Part shown: positions 26,301-41,300 of the stretch, in pieces
How positions within the stretch are numbered: the first letter of the stretch is position 1
Layout: each line of letters begins with the position of its first letter
DNA from: Setoptus koraiensis
Taxonomy: Eukaryota > Animalia > Arthropoda
NCBI GenBank assembly: GCA_048013815.1
Contig: CM106586.1
Coordinates: forward strand, 23,374,001 to 23,438,000
Length of the DNA: 64,000 nucleotides
Direction of reading: 5' to 3'
Position numbers and translations under genes: made by a program
The notes under the pieces: generated by a model
The model's database searches: none
What the model saw: only the letters and a program-made list of their open reading frames with translations
What the model was told of the DNA's origin: nothing

Positions 26301-29300
26301 AGAAAAATTAACCAAACATCATACTCATTTATATATATGCGGCTGTAGATTATATAAAAACAATAGGTAGATTTAGTTTTTGGTGGGGTGTTAAATTTAA
26401 AAAATATATTGAATTTGACAAAAATGGTAAAGATAAATATGTATCGTGAAAAAGACATTTAGGTAAGACTTTTAAATAACTTTTATATCAAAAAAAATTT
26501 ATGGTATTCCTTAAAATGAGGAAGACATAGGGTTTGCGAGCGACTACATGAGATTAATTACAGGATATATGCACTTAATGTAAATACTTGTTGTATATGC
26601 TTTTTAAAATTTTTCAATTTTGTTTAGTTATTATTATTAGAAAACATTGTAAACAATGTAGGTAAGGAAAAAAAAAGAACAATGTAAGGTATAAAAAATA
26701 AAATAGCGGTTATAAAATATCATAGAAAAAAATTAATATTTATATTAATAAATTATTCTATAATATCGAAATCTAACTTACAAAAAATAAGACAATAACA
26801 AAGGTTGAAAATGAGAAATCACAAAGGATTAGTATCAAAATAACTGGTAAAATGAAATAGAAATAAAAATAAGAATGCATCCGACCAGTCTATAGAGTGG
26901 GTAGAAAATTAAAATAAAATAAAAATTATAAAATAGTTAGATATAATGGGTAATACTATCTTAAAAAAATATGGTATTAGGCATATTAAAGTAACTAGAT
27001 TACTCATTAAGAGTAGTCTGCTGAAAAACGTTTTTAGTTTAATTTAATCAAGAAATACCTGGAGAGGAGGAAAACAAAAATAAATATAAAGAAATCGGCG
27101 TTTAGTTTTATGTTGTTTGTGTTAATGGAAAAATAAGATATTGTAAGGAGATCATCAAGATATAAAAATGTGTCTTTATATCAGTAGACAAAAAAATAGT
27201 AATAATATAATTCATACTAAAATGTATATCATGGTACTCTGATAATACTTTTTCATCTTTGCGTGGATGGAATTTAAAAAGAGAGGTAAATAACACAAAA
27301 AAAGATATATAAAGAATAGATGATATATAAATTTCCCTCAAGATAAAAAATATAAGACAACGGTCATTTGACAAAAAAAATATTTATGAGATTCTGGTAG
27401 TGAGAGCTAAAATGTAACAAAGAGTGGAGCGTAAGAGTAGGTCGAACGAAGTTTGTGGATTGATAGAGTTAAAATAAGAGACAGAACAAATTTGTAATTG
27501 ACGAAGTTATAGTTAGAGAAATAAACAATTAAAATTAAATATTTTAAACGAGGAATAAGCATTGTTGCGAACTTGGTTGAATAATACAATTTAATCGGAT
27601 TGGTGTGGTGATAATATATAATAAAAGAACAATTATACTGTTTTATCTGATTTAAGAAAATGTTATTTTTAAATTGAAAATAATAATAATGCGGATACTT
27701 AAAAGGTGAAAGAAATTTGTGCTGCACATATTAAAAATAAAAATAATAAACTTTTATTCATTAAGGAAATTATGACAATAGGGGAGACGCTACATATACA
27801 CATGTCTAGTCGTTTTCAGTACAGAAAAGAACTGATAATTGTATGAAAATAAAAAATTAAAAATTGAGTTGTAATACTTTAGATGATTAAGCATTAATAC
27901 ACATTAATCACATATTTTAAAAAAAACGTCGTTAGGTGGTAGATTGAGATTTGTAAATTAACTAATATATAGAAATAATTGGGAGTAAAAAACGAATTAT
28001 TTACATTAGTATTTTCGGGGTGATAAAAAATGAATGTGTTATCAAAATAAAAATAAAATGATGAAAGAAAATAAAATACAATTAATATTGTTAGGATAAA
28101 TCGCAAAATAGCTGGCTAAATTAGAGGAGTGGGTGATAGAGCAGCTGGGTATGAAATGGTGTCGTTTTGCTATAAATTAAAGTCTATATAAAATCATGCG
28201 ACTGACGTGACAAATACAAAAAAATTAGAACAGTATATTAATTTTAGAAACTGGATAATGAAAGAATTTTATGAGTGTTTTATGATAAAACAGTTATTCT
28301 CTAAAATCTTGATATTTAAAGAGTTAATTTAATGTTGGAGAAACATAATCTACGTGCAGATAATTCAATTTTGCAGTTTAAACCAATTTAAATAAATAAA
28401 AAAGTATTGTTTAAATAGAGTTTAGGTGTTTGTCAGTCATAATCTGAGTAGTAACCTTTTTATAGGGCGTCGTCAATTTGATGTACTGAGAAGAGAGTGA
28501 ATATAACTTTTTTTTCAGATAATGAGGATAATTGTGTTTAAAATTAGGGATAATAAGTAATGATTTTAGTTGGGTGATATATAGATGGATATATCGAAAA
28601 TAGTTGATGGGGCTTAGAGTAAGAAAAAGGAATCTAGTATAAATTGATTTATGAATGATAAAAAATATTTGCAAAATAAAATTTGTATCATATTATATAT
28701 CATAAGCTAATACCCAAAGGTAAAGTTAAAGTATAATAAACAAAAGTTGGCTAATTTGTGAATTTGTTAATATCGTTAAGGTGTGGTAAGTGCTGATATG
28801 GAAGTTCATGAAAGACAGAGTGATAATTGGGCTGGTAAGACTGGGTGTTTGTATCAGATTAACGGAAATATTGTATTATCATGATAAGCTAAGGTTAAAA
28901 AGACAACCACAACAATAAAAAATAAATTGGTGTTTGCGGCTATAAAGATATAAACATAAGAAAGTTAAATCAATCAAATTTGTAAACAATTTGGTCTTGT
29001 GTAATAACCCAAACAATAAATCGCGACAGGTAGCCAATTGAAAACAAACCATTCTCCGGTAATAATATTTTCCAAGTGGTGAAAGGTTAGTATTTACTTT
29101 CATTCAGTGAATTACATTGAAAATAAATAATGGACTCTAAAATGGACATATCCCTTTAGAAAAGTTTGTTGGACAATTACGGTAAAGTTTAAAAAAAAAT
29201 TGTTTTTTAAAAATACTTGTTTTGGAATAAAGTATTAAGAAGAGTAGTTAAGTTTGCCCAGTGAGGTTAAATAAATATCTTTGATTGATTAAAATTTTAT

Positions 29301-32300
29301 TTTAATTTTTCAGTGGGTTTCAATTAATTCTTTTAAAATAAAGGTTGCTGTTAATGTAAAGAGGGACAAACTATAATGCTTATTAGGCGAAAACAGTATG
29401 AAAATTAAAGTCAAAGCATAGGACTCCAAGAATTTGTTAGTCCTGGATAATCGAAAAAAAAATTCAATGGGTATATCATTAAATCATGCATTACAGGACT
29501 AAAGAAATCCAGATATGATTTACCATATTAACATCGCAGGAAATTAAGATTGTAATATACTTAAAAAAATTGATTTTATTTTGCACTCTAAAAAAGTATC
29601 TTCAATTCATGATGTTATTAAAAAGGAAATGCACACTCTTAGATCAAGATAATTCAGCGATATGGGAATAATTGAACAAACTTTTAACAATATTAATTTA
29701 AATTATATTTAGAATTGAACTGATGTTATAAAAAAAAAAAGAAGTTTGAGTGCAAGAATGGAATATGTTGGAGGGTTCAACATGGATTACATTAATTAAT
29801 TTTAGAGGTAGATTGGAAATTACTATATTTCATATTAAAAAGAATTATAAAAAGGTCGGATACACATATATAAATGGAAATTGAAGTTATAGTAAGAGCT
29901 AAACATGGTAAATATGACTAGATAAAATAATTTCTAAGGGAGTATATATACTCAAGTAGTTAACATGGAAGGAAAGGATAAGATGGATTATTTAAATAAT
30001 AACTTTTCTTGAGATGTTAATAGAATAAAAAAGTAATTAAAAATGATTATACTTAACATACAGCACCTCTTTATTTAAACATAAACTAAATGAGAACATA
30101 CATAAATGGTTATGACTGTTAAGGGAACAGATAGAGATGATGTAATATGTATCAGTTGCATAAACTTAAAATAGAGAACTATCATAAAACATCAAACCAC
30201 AGGTTTGTATTGCATTTCGAAATTATACAAAAATATTAATTGAAACAAAAATTTCCTAATTAATTAAGTTGAGTTGAGGGACAAATAAGGATTCCTATAT
30301 TAAAACATTAATTTGGGGATCAAAAAAAATATTTCTCAAAAGAAAATCGCATATAAAGGAAATTACTAAAAGAATAATTGCGGTGTTGTTAATAAAATCT
30401 GGTATTATAAGTGAAATTGTGATATATTGAAAACTATTCTAAATTAACACAAATGGGTGTAGAAAAATAAGTAAAAATTAATTATTATAAATATAATAAA
30501 AAACATGTAAAAGGTTGCAATGAAGATTTAATGTCTAGTGATTTAACAAACAATTATGTGATAAGTCATATGATATAAATAGGTAACATGAATAAGTAAC
30601 AATGTTTCAAAAGCGAAGGAAAAGATAAGTAGCGGGAAGTCATTTGAAAGTAGGTATTGGGTTTTGATTAATAATCAACCAAACATGTAATCTTTTTAAA
30701 AGTTTTAAAAGGACAACATTTTATGATAGTCTATAAACATATTGATAAAATTATTAAATTGTTAAGCAGAAATATGGGAACCAGTACTTTAACGAGGATA
30801 TTGTGTAAATAACCTCTAGTGCTTTTCCTAAAAATGTCAAAAAAATTCATAATTTTTTTTCATTTTTTAAAAATATAGAAGACAAAATAAGAATAAGAAA
30901 GTTAAAGAAAATGGTTATATTAATCGCAAGTTTTCGACTCAAATGTTTAAAAGACTGGAGAGTGATTTACAATAGATGATTAAGAAAAAATCACACATAA
31001 TATTAGAATATAGTTGAATATTATTAAAAAAGGTAACTCTATGGATTAATATGAGGTAAAATATTATTTAATCATTTATATAAGTACAGGTCAATAACAA
31101 AAAGACAACAATATTTTAAATACAATAAGGTTGTAAGTGTTTTGTTCTTGATATAATCGTGTGGTCACAAATAACTATAGTCTAGATAGGTTAAAAATAG
31201 TTCGACTAAGAAAAAAAGTAACTAAAAAAAAAAATGGGAGTCAACATTTAATAAAAAAAATTAAGGTGGGATATTTTCACATTAGTGGTTCTAAGGTTGA
31301 AATTTATAAAATAGATAGTATATTTAGAAAGATTAAATAGGTGGGTGTTAATTTCATGAATCAAAAAATAATTAAGAAGTAGATTTGATTTAAATTTCGT
31401 CGGGTTTTATTAAGAGGGTCTAAATAATTAGAATTGAACTTGAACGATAGGTGCAAAGGAAATTACATAATATTACATGATATTAGACTCTGAACATAAG
31501 TAATATGCAACATCTTAAAAATAAAATATTATGGAAACACGTGGGTACAGTCGTAAGAAATAAATAATATAAATTAGAAGTTATAATAAAAAATAATGTT
31601 AAGAATATCCTGGTAAAAGGAAAAATATAATCTATTTATATGGAATATAGATTCATAATAAAATATTTTGTTGTTAATTTAATTTCAAAACTTCAATTAA
31701 AACATGTGCTAGGATGATAGTTAAACATATATTAGAAGAATAAATAATAAACAAATAAAAGAACAAGAATTATTATTTGATGAGAAAAATTAATATCCGT
31801 TATAAAGCTTGTATATCAGGATTAAATTCATAATTGGTGGGGGAGTATTATTTTTTTATCAATGATACAATATTCGATATATATGTTATCAATATATGTT
31901 AAGAATAAAATATATATCAAAATAATTTACAGTGTTTATATAGGTATTCATATTACATATGTTCATCATAGTTAAAAAAAAAACAAAAAAGAATTAAAGT
32001 AAAAATTGTTTAGAAAAAGACACTTATAAAATAAGAAAAAATTTAAAGATCTACTAGAAATATAATGGAAATAATTAAACAAAAATTAATGAATAATTTA
32101 AGTTAAATAACGATAAAAATAAGTGTGGTATCAACAGACTTATATTTGCTAAGGTTGTATATTAGGGATTAACAAATAATGAGGATAGGCTATTTGATAA
32201 GTGAACTACTAAAGAAATGAATAACGGAACCCAAAAAAATGTAGTTAATGCGCTATAATATTTATAAACACGCTTAATAGGTCTATATTAAACAAATAGA

Positions 32301-35300
32301 TTTAAAAAGCTGTTTAATAATAGGAGACTAAATTATAAAAGGAATAAAATAAAAAACAAATGTATTGAATGTGTAATACGCTGATATATAAGTGAACGTT
32401 ACAAATAGAAGTAGAATGGGGAGTTAATATTATGAAAACAGATAATTTTTTTTCTTTTTCGAAACACGATTATTTATAAATGGACTTCACTTAGAGACGA
32501 GACAATTAATAAACAATTCAGTTCGTAGTTTAGTTGTTTACCTCATGATGATACATTGTCAGAACTATAAATCCGATAGAAAAATTGAAGTAAATGTTCA
32601 TGAACTAGCGTGGTGATCATTTCTATTTATATTTTGATTTGTTATTGTTAAAACAATAGTTTGTAAATAATCATTCATTGCAATACTATAAATATTTAAA
32701 AGGCATCACGAATTGAAAGAATTAATCTAATAGTGCAGAAAAACTCGATTTTTATAAAAAATTAAAGTATAAATTGATGGTAGATGTTAGTATTTTTCTT
32801 ATGTTTTAAATATTAACATGATGGACATTAAAAGTACATATTCTATGTCAACCACAGGAAAAAAAAAAAAAAAAAATAATTACAAGATACATATATCTCT
32901 TCATTGGACAAGGTTATATTATAACAGATGAATATATATAGAATGTCAGTCAATGCATAAAAGAAATAATAGATACAATGCAAACAAAAATTACATACAA
33001 AACACAAAAAGACCCAAGAACAAAAAAATTTGTATCAAAAGCAGTAAATGTGATAAATTGAGCTAGATACTAGACCAATGTGTAAAAGTAATGGAGGTAA
33101 TCAGAAAAATAAATAGGTGTATATGAAAGATTTGTAATTATTTTCACAAAAAATTTATATTTAGTTAACTCAAATTAACGAAAATATCTCGGAACGATAA
33201 ATACATATACATCTTTTAAATTTTGAGTAGGATCCCTTCAAACATTTCTTCAAATATATCATATTTTAATGTTACTAGTAAAAAAAAAATGAACTTCTTA
33301 GAATGATTTATGTGAACAAATTATTAAAATAAAAAAACAAAAAAAAAATAATTGCCAAAAAATACTTAGGACTATTGATAATAACGTGAAGATTAAAAGA
33401 AATACAAAATAAATTATAAATGATTAAGTATGCACGCAAATGTAAAAAAATTCCTGCGTTAACTAAATAGAAACTGTGTGTAAAGTGTAGTCTTATACGT
33501 ATTGATATTGAACTTTCTAAAATAAAATACACGATAAATTTAAATAATTTTTTACTTAATTAGTATAATCTGAATTTTGGAGGTAATACTGAAGATTCAT
33601 TATATTTAAACTTTTAATCATAATAAAATGACACTACCTTATTGAGGTGCCGCGGTGTTCGAAATATAGTGATAAATGAAATTTGGAATGGTTTCTGTTA
33701 AAGATAGAGAAATAATAATAACATAAACTCTTTGTAAAAGATATAGAAACTTCGTAGGCATATGGATATGCAAAATATCAAAATCAAGAAAAAAAATCAC
33801 TTTAAGATGTTGTCTTAAATTTATAAAAAAAAACAACCAACAAAAATAAGATAACAATAGTAATATAAAAAAAGAAAATTTAAAACACATAACTTTAAAT
33901 AAAAAAACAAAGGGTAAAATTTATAAGGGGAAACTTGTTACAATATGAATTTTGGTAATGATAAGACGAAATTGTCAAACATAAAACAGTTTTTAACTAA
34001 AATTACAAAAAAATAAGATTTATTAAAACACGTCAAATAATCTACAAAAAATTTCCTTCCAAAATATGGTTGCAATAAAAACCTATATTTTGTTTGATTT
34101 AGGGGTTGTTATATGGTTAAGTGTACCTTTATTATGATTTGTTGTTTTGGTTTTGTTTATGTGTTATTACAATTTGTTGTGATTGCGTGCGGTATGTGGT
34201 ATTGTTTTTTTTGTTTTTTTATCTTTTTTTTCTTTGCCTTTTCTTTTTTTCTTTTTTTTTATTTTGATTTTAAATTTGTGTGTTTTTTTAAAATTTTATG
34301 GTTTATGTTTTTTTTTTTTAATTTATTGATTTTTTTGTGTGTTTTTCTGTATGGTGTTATTGATATGATGTGGTTGTTTTATTTGTTTTTTTTGTTTTTA
34401 TTTTTTTATTTGAGTGTTTGTTTTATATGTTTTTTTTTTTTATTTTTTTTATTGTGTGTATGTGGTTTAGATAGGTTTGTTTTTTTTTTATTTTCAGTTT
34501 TTTAATTTTAGGTTATGAGTTTTTTTCGTTTAGTTTTGTGTGTTTATTTTTAGTGGTTTTTTTTTTGTTGTTTTGATTTCATAAACAGAATGAACTGATA
34601 AAATTAAATAAATGATCTAGTCAATTAAATTAAAAAAATATAATATTATTTTGCTAAAATAAAAGTAAAATAACATACTACAGAAATTTTAATTATTATT
34701 ATCACATCAAACATTCATATAAAAAGTTAATTCACAAGGATAATATTCACACAAAGATAAAATTTAATTCATCAGTGAGGTAATTAAATTTTATAATTAT
34801 GGTTGTTTGGTCTTTGTTGTTTCTTTTGTAGTTTGAATTTAAATTAAAAAGGTCTACAAAAAAATTAATAGTTTATAAAATTATATTTTTTTATAATTAT
34901 TAATAGAACTAATATTATCGATAAAAATATATAAATTTCCAAAAGATAGGGTGTATGATTAGATTTTATTAACTATTTATAATTAATAAACAGTATCTTT
35001 ATATTAATTAGCGAAAGAATATTAAAGTTAATCGTCCAGTGCTACATCATATTGATAATAAATTATGTTATCAAATAATTTGTATATAAATATAAAATAA
35101 AAAAATAGTTAACATCAATTAGTGAAAAAATAAACTATAAAATTTAAAATTCTTTTCCAATAATGGGTTATTTAAATCAAATTAAGCTATAAAAACAAGG
35201 CATTGTCATAATATACCAGGCCGAATTCAGTCCTAGTAGGAGCAATGTTCTAAAATTGAAGTACATAGTAAGATACAATTAAAATTGGGTTAACATAACA

Positions 35301-38300
35301 TAAGGACAATAATTTATGAAAAACACTTAACATTTCCCATCGTTCATAAGTAATCATAGCACATATCTAAACACAGCATTAAATTTAAATGAATATGAAA
35401 TAATATAATTAAATCGTTTTTTTGATCGATACTGATAAAAACTAATAGAGTTAGATTATACAACTTTTGTGAAATTACAACGTCCAATTAGTTAATTAAT
35501 ACAACCAAAATAAAATAACAAATGTATAACAAATAATCAAACACTAATTTACAACATAAATTTATTTTTAGCATTAAATTTTCAAAAATCCAATACAATT
35601 TTTATTATTAGGATAATTATCATTATGATTATACGATGAAGTTCATAATTAGAAAAAAAGGTTACATTTTTCTTAATCTAAAAATCAAATAATTTGCTAT
35701 TTATCATAATGATGTTTATTAATGCTTAGAATATCGTGTTTGATGGATATAGTCAGTCCAGCCAATCCCAGTAAAACACGCGATAACAGAAAAAAATAGT
35801 AAGTTTCTATCTATAACCTACACGAAATTAGTAACCAGTAAACAAACAAACTATCACCAACAAAAATAATATTCACCATAATAATCTTCAAATAACAAAT
35901 GACTATTATTTTTTTAAAAAAACAGATCATAAAATGGTGGTGATGTTTATATTATCAAAAAAAGGTCAAAACAAAAAGAAAAAACAAGTGGTTCTGATAA
36001 ATTTTTACAACACAACGAAAATAATAAAATTTATTCAATAGAAAAATAAAACATCAGTTCTATTCACAAAAACAAATAAAAGCTCCCAAAAATAGATTGA
36101 GTTTATTCATTTTTTCTTTTTGTAGTATGTTTTATGTATATAATAGTTACTGGTTTTTATTTGTTATTTTAGATATAATAAAAGTTCTGAAATGTAAAAA
36201 TAATATCAAAATATTTTAATTTCAAAAAATGTAATGCAAAAAAAATATTTAATTTTAATAGTGGTTCAAATAATAAAAAAGAAACAAATAGATCAAAAAT
36301 AAATGGGGAAATAATAAATTTTTTGTAAATATGTTTTTTTTTTTTTAGGGTGTTTTTTATTGTTTTTTTCTATGGGGGGGTGTATTTGTTTTTTTTTTTT
36401 TATTTTTTCTTCTAGATTCTTAAAATTCTAAATCATCATCGACTATCAAATACAATAAAATAAAAAATATACATTCGAGTCCTTAAAGAGTTTTATGTAT
36501 TTCTTAAAAAAATGCATTTAGGGATCTTAAAATATTTATAAAAGTAAATTTTTTTTGATTGGGAAAAATTAAATAAACATATTTAAACTGTATTTATAAA
36601 TTTTTACAAAATAATGACATTCTATTGGGAGAATTACAGAAAAATAAAAAAAAAAAAACATACATTTTGAAAACTATACATTCAATTATAAAATCAATTC
36701 AAGGTACATAAACTAATCAAAAAAAAAAACACTCACTAAATGAAGTAATTGTATATTATAGTTTCTGGAATTAAGTAAAGGATATAAAAAAAGTTGCATA
36801 ATATCACGTGTGGTGTGTTTTTTCTTTTTTATTTAATGGTTTTTTTTTATATATTTTTACCATCGTTTTGTTTATTAGATATTCTGTATTTGTCATTTTG
36901 TCAATTTATTAATTTTTAATTTTCTTTTATTTTTTTTACATATTTTTATTTAAGAAAATTTTATAGGTATTTTTTTTGAATAATTTCATTTTGTAAATGA
37001 AGTTGTAATGTATTATTTTTTATTTTAGAGGTATTATGAATTTGAAGAAATTATGAGAAACACGTAAATAATTATAATTTAATATATTAAATAACAAATA
37101 TGTATGTCAAAACTTAAAAAATAAATATTAAAAGTTTAATAAAAAAGTATAATTACATATTAGCCAGGTAAACAAAAAAATAAAAACAAAAATGCAAAAA
37201 TATCATATAGGGGATGGTCAAATAGAAAAATACTTAATATATTAAGGTAATAATTTAACAAATAATGTAAACAACAATGAAAAAAACAATTATTATGTTA
37301 GGTAAGTTAAATATTCTTCTCCTTAAACAAAAATCAAAAGTAAAAATAAATTATCATATTCAAGGTATAAATAAATTAAACGAAAAATAGTAAAAATAAC
37401 AAGACAAAAAAAAAACCAAAAAAGAATAATAAAAATTATAACAAAATATACATAAAAACAACAACTTCTAAATAACGTCCAAACAAAAAGAAATAGAACA
37501 ATATACTCGCTTATTAAAATATATCTAACGTAACCATGTAGAAAAAAAGTCGCAAGTAAAATCTAAGTAAAAGAAAGTATAAAAACAAAATCTTATACAT
37601 GGTATTACCTTAACTATATTTAAATTTAATGAAAAAAGCATATTTAAAAAATATAAAATAGAAAACTAAAGGCACAATACGAAATATTCATTTTACACCT
37701 CGGGACAGAAGATTAGGTTACGATATAACAAAAAAGTCAATCAAAGCTAAATACTAATTGTCAAACAAAGCATATTCAATTTAAACGTGGAAATCATAGT
37801 AGAAATTGATTTTATACAAAAAAATAAACATTTTTTAATAAATAATAAAAGAAGTCACATAAATCATATATAAGTTTTTATAACTTAATTTGAAATAAGT
37901 AATCTATATAAAAGAATCAAAAATACTATAGTTTAAAAAATATTATAAAACAAACCTATGATCAGCGTAAAAGAGTTAAAACAAAATTTCGAGAATGAGG
38001 TTGATTATATAAATTTTGTGTTTTTTATATCACGTCTATACTTAATTCTAAAAACTATATATTTAATTAAAAAACTAAAACATTTAAAACAAAATTTAAA
38101 TGCACAGTTAATATAATCAATAAATATAGAATAAATATATCAAATTATTTTATAATAATATATAATATAAATCCGGTCAATCCCTATACTCCATATATCA
38201 TGATTATATCATTTCAATTTAAAATAAATTATCATAAATGGATAAAGAACAAAAAAAGCAGAATAAACCAACCAACTTATATCTTATGTACAATCAAATT

Positions 38301-41300
38301 AACATTTTTTTATAAATCGGTCTTAATATTGTTAGGTTTTTAAATACGTTGTTGTTCCACAAACAAGACTTAATTGAGTTAAAAAAAAAAATTAAGGAGT
38401 TGGTGTTAATACAAACAATCAAAATATTTTTGTAATTGATATTATTATTTTAAATCGAAATTTTATATTAATAGTATGTCATTTAAATTTATATTTTTGT
38501 TTTTTTAAATAGTAGGGTTATTTTTTTTTAGTTTTTTGTATTATAATTTTATATTGTATGTTTTTTTTTTTTATTTTTGAATTGGTTAAATTTAAGTAGG
38601 AATAGGTATATTTTTTGGTTATGATGTGAGTGGTTTTATTGATTTTTTTTAAAATAAACTCAAAAACAAAGAAATAAATAAAAAAATTTTATTCATTACC
38701 ATAAAAAGTAAAAACCAAAATATTAATTAAAGACAAAAAACAAAAATTTACACAGAATACAAATAAGTTCATGCAAAGGCAATAGAACAAATAACACAGA
38801 TACAAAACTAAAAAAAAATCTTATAAGTCAAAAAAAAAAAAATGATTATAATATAATACAAATAAGGGTAATTTCATAAAACAATCAAAAAATTAAATAA
38901 AATACAATTAATATAAGGGTGTAATATAACATTGATATCAAAAAATTATAATTATATTTAAAAAAAAATAACATAAAAATTTATCTTTTTTCTATTATAT
39001 AAAAATTTTAATCATTTATAACACTAACAAATATTGGGAAAAGAAAAATCTCACTTAATGTAAAAACATTATTCAATAATTTATAAATACAATTTAAAAA
39101 TGATTTAAATGACCAAAATATTTATAACCAATAAATGAAATAATTTGACAAATAAGGAAAAATATTTGTTTATTTTTTTTTTTTTATTAGTGTTTATTTG
39201 TTTTGTTTTTTTATAGATTTTATGTTGTGTTTTGATAGTTTTTTTGTTTACGGGTTGTAAATTTTATATTATGGGGATTTTTTTTTTTAGTTGTTTATTT
39301 TGTGTATATGTAGATTGTTTTAAAGTGATGTATATATGTTGATGTTTGGATTATATTTTTTTTTTTGTGTTTATTTGTTTTTTTGTAGATTTAGTAATTA
39401 TTTTTTTTTGTAATTTTTTGTTTGTAATTTTTGTGTTGTTTTGGAGAAAATAAATTGTAGTTATTTTTTTTTGGGCTTATTATTTTTTGTTTTTTTTGTA
39501 ATCCTGTATTTGTAATTTTTGTTAATGAGATTTTTTTTTTTTGTGATTTTAATTTTTATTTTTTGTTATTTTTTTTTTTTTATAGATATGAGTAAGGTAT
39601 GTTAAATATGCTTCATAAATTAAATAAAACAAAAATATATATAAAAGATCAATTATATCCGTAAAACTTAAAATTCAAACAAAAAATGTTTTTTAAAAAA
39701 ATAAAAACACACATCATTTAATTATAAAATAAAAACAATTAAAATAATACGACATCATAAGATAAAAAAGCGAAAAAACAAATCAATATTATATAGTGTA
39801 TAATAATTATGATCAAATCAATACAATTAGCGCTACAAATAAAAATCTAAATTAAGCTTTACAAAAATTTCGAACAAGTGATACTTGATCATTATGGGAA
39901 TTATTTAAAACATTCAAAACTAATATTACAATAAAATAAATAAAAGTTCATTTATTCTTTCAAGCTCAAAATATCAAAGTCGGGAATATTTATTTATATA
40001 AACAAAGAAAAACAAAAAAAACTATTATTATTCAATAAAGAAAATACTATAAATAATTTAAAAGACAATAAGAAACAAACAATAACATACCAATAATATC
40101 TATTAAACATAAGAATTATTTACAAAATAATTCTTTATTTTATTAAATAGTAAAAAAAAAATAAAAAAAATACTTTAAAATAATTCTATAAAAAATGATA
40201 TACAAAAAAAAGACTAATTATAAAAAAATACTAACATACGTCTTAAATCTACAAAAAAAAAAAAGTAAAACATTTAATCAAAAAAAATAACAATAAGACA
40301 AAATTAAATTGCACACAAGACATAAAAAATAAAAAATAAACAGAGAATAGTAATAAATTTCTTCAATAAAAAATTTAATTATAAAAAAATCATCAGATTC
40401 ATGTGGGCAAATTCAGAAAATCATACACATTAATTAATTTCTTATATTAAATATAAAAAGGTCAATTTAATAATAAATAATAAATTATTTTTATAAAAAA
40501 ATATAATTAATATGAAATAAAAAAAAATAGAAATATAACAATCCCAATTGAAAAGTACTAACAAAACATAAATGTACAAATAACAACCCCCGAAATAAAG
40601 ACCTAGACTGCAAATATCAATTAGTATAAATATCATCTCCCACTTCAGATGACTCCCAACAAAAATTTCATAAATCTTCCAAGATAAAATAACTATGACC
40701 ATAAAATAAATTATTAAAAAGCCAAATCAATAGAAAGAATTTAAGATTAAAGATGGATATAAGGATATTATCAGACAATATCAACTCCTTTTAATAAAAA
40801 AATCAAAAAATACAGAATTCAATAAAATAATGAATCATAAAAAATAAATACTAAAATACTGTTACAAAGACAAAAAATAAAGTCGAAAATATTATTATAA
40901 GGTAAGTAAAAAAATAAAAACATAACAAATTTAAAACACACAAAAAATATATAATAAAAACCAAAACTAGATACCCAACCATAAATTTAAAGTTATAATC
41001 ACAAAAATCAGCAGTTAAGATGTTAGTAAGACCAAAAATATTATTTATAATGGTAAAGTGTTTGTTTTGGTTTTTTAAAAAACAATAAATTAAAAACAAT
41101 CAAAAAAAAATTATGATTCATCATAAATAAAACGAAAAACAAATGTAATATAAAGTAATAATATTTTAAAATACGAACATAAATATAAATAGATAATATC
41201 TAGATAAAGAAGAAAATACATTAATTAAAATAATATTCAAAAAAAATGAAAATTTTAAGAATTTTTAAATAAATGATAAAATATAAATGAAATGTAAAAA

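Noticed and set aside
7501-41099. Dozens of 60-130 aa ORFs in the AT-rich block (e.g. 11228-11413, 11708-11932, 27407-27727, 34113-34505)
   Set aside because: Compositional by-products (poly-Phe, Gly/Val, Ile/Lys/Tyr) of skewed low-complexity sequence. No motifs, and the region is probably artefactual.
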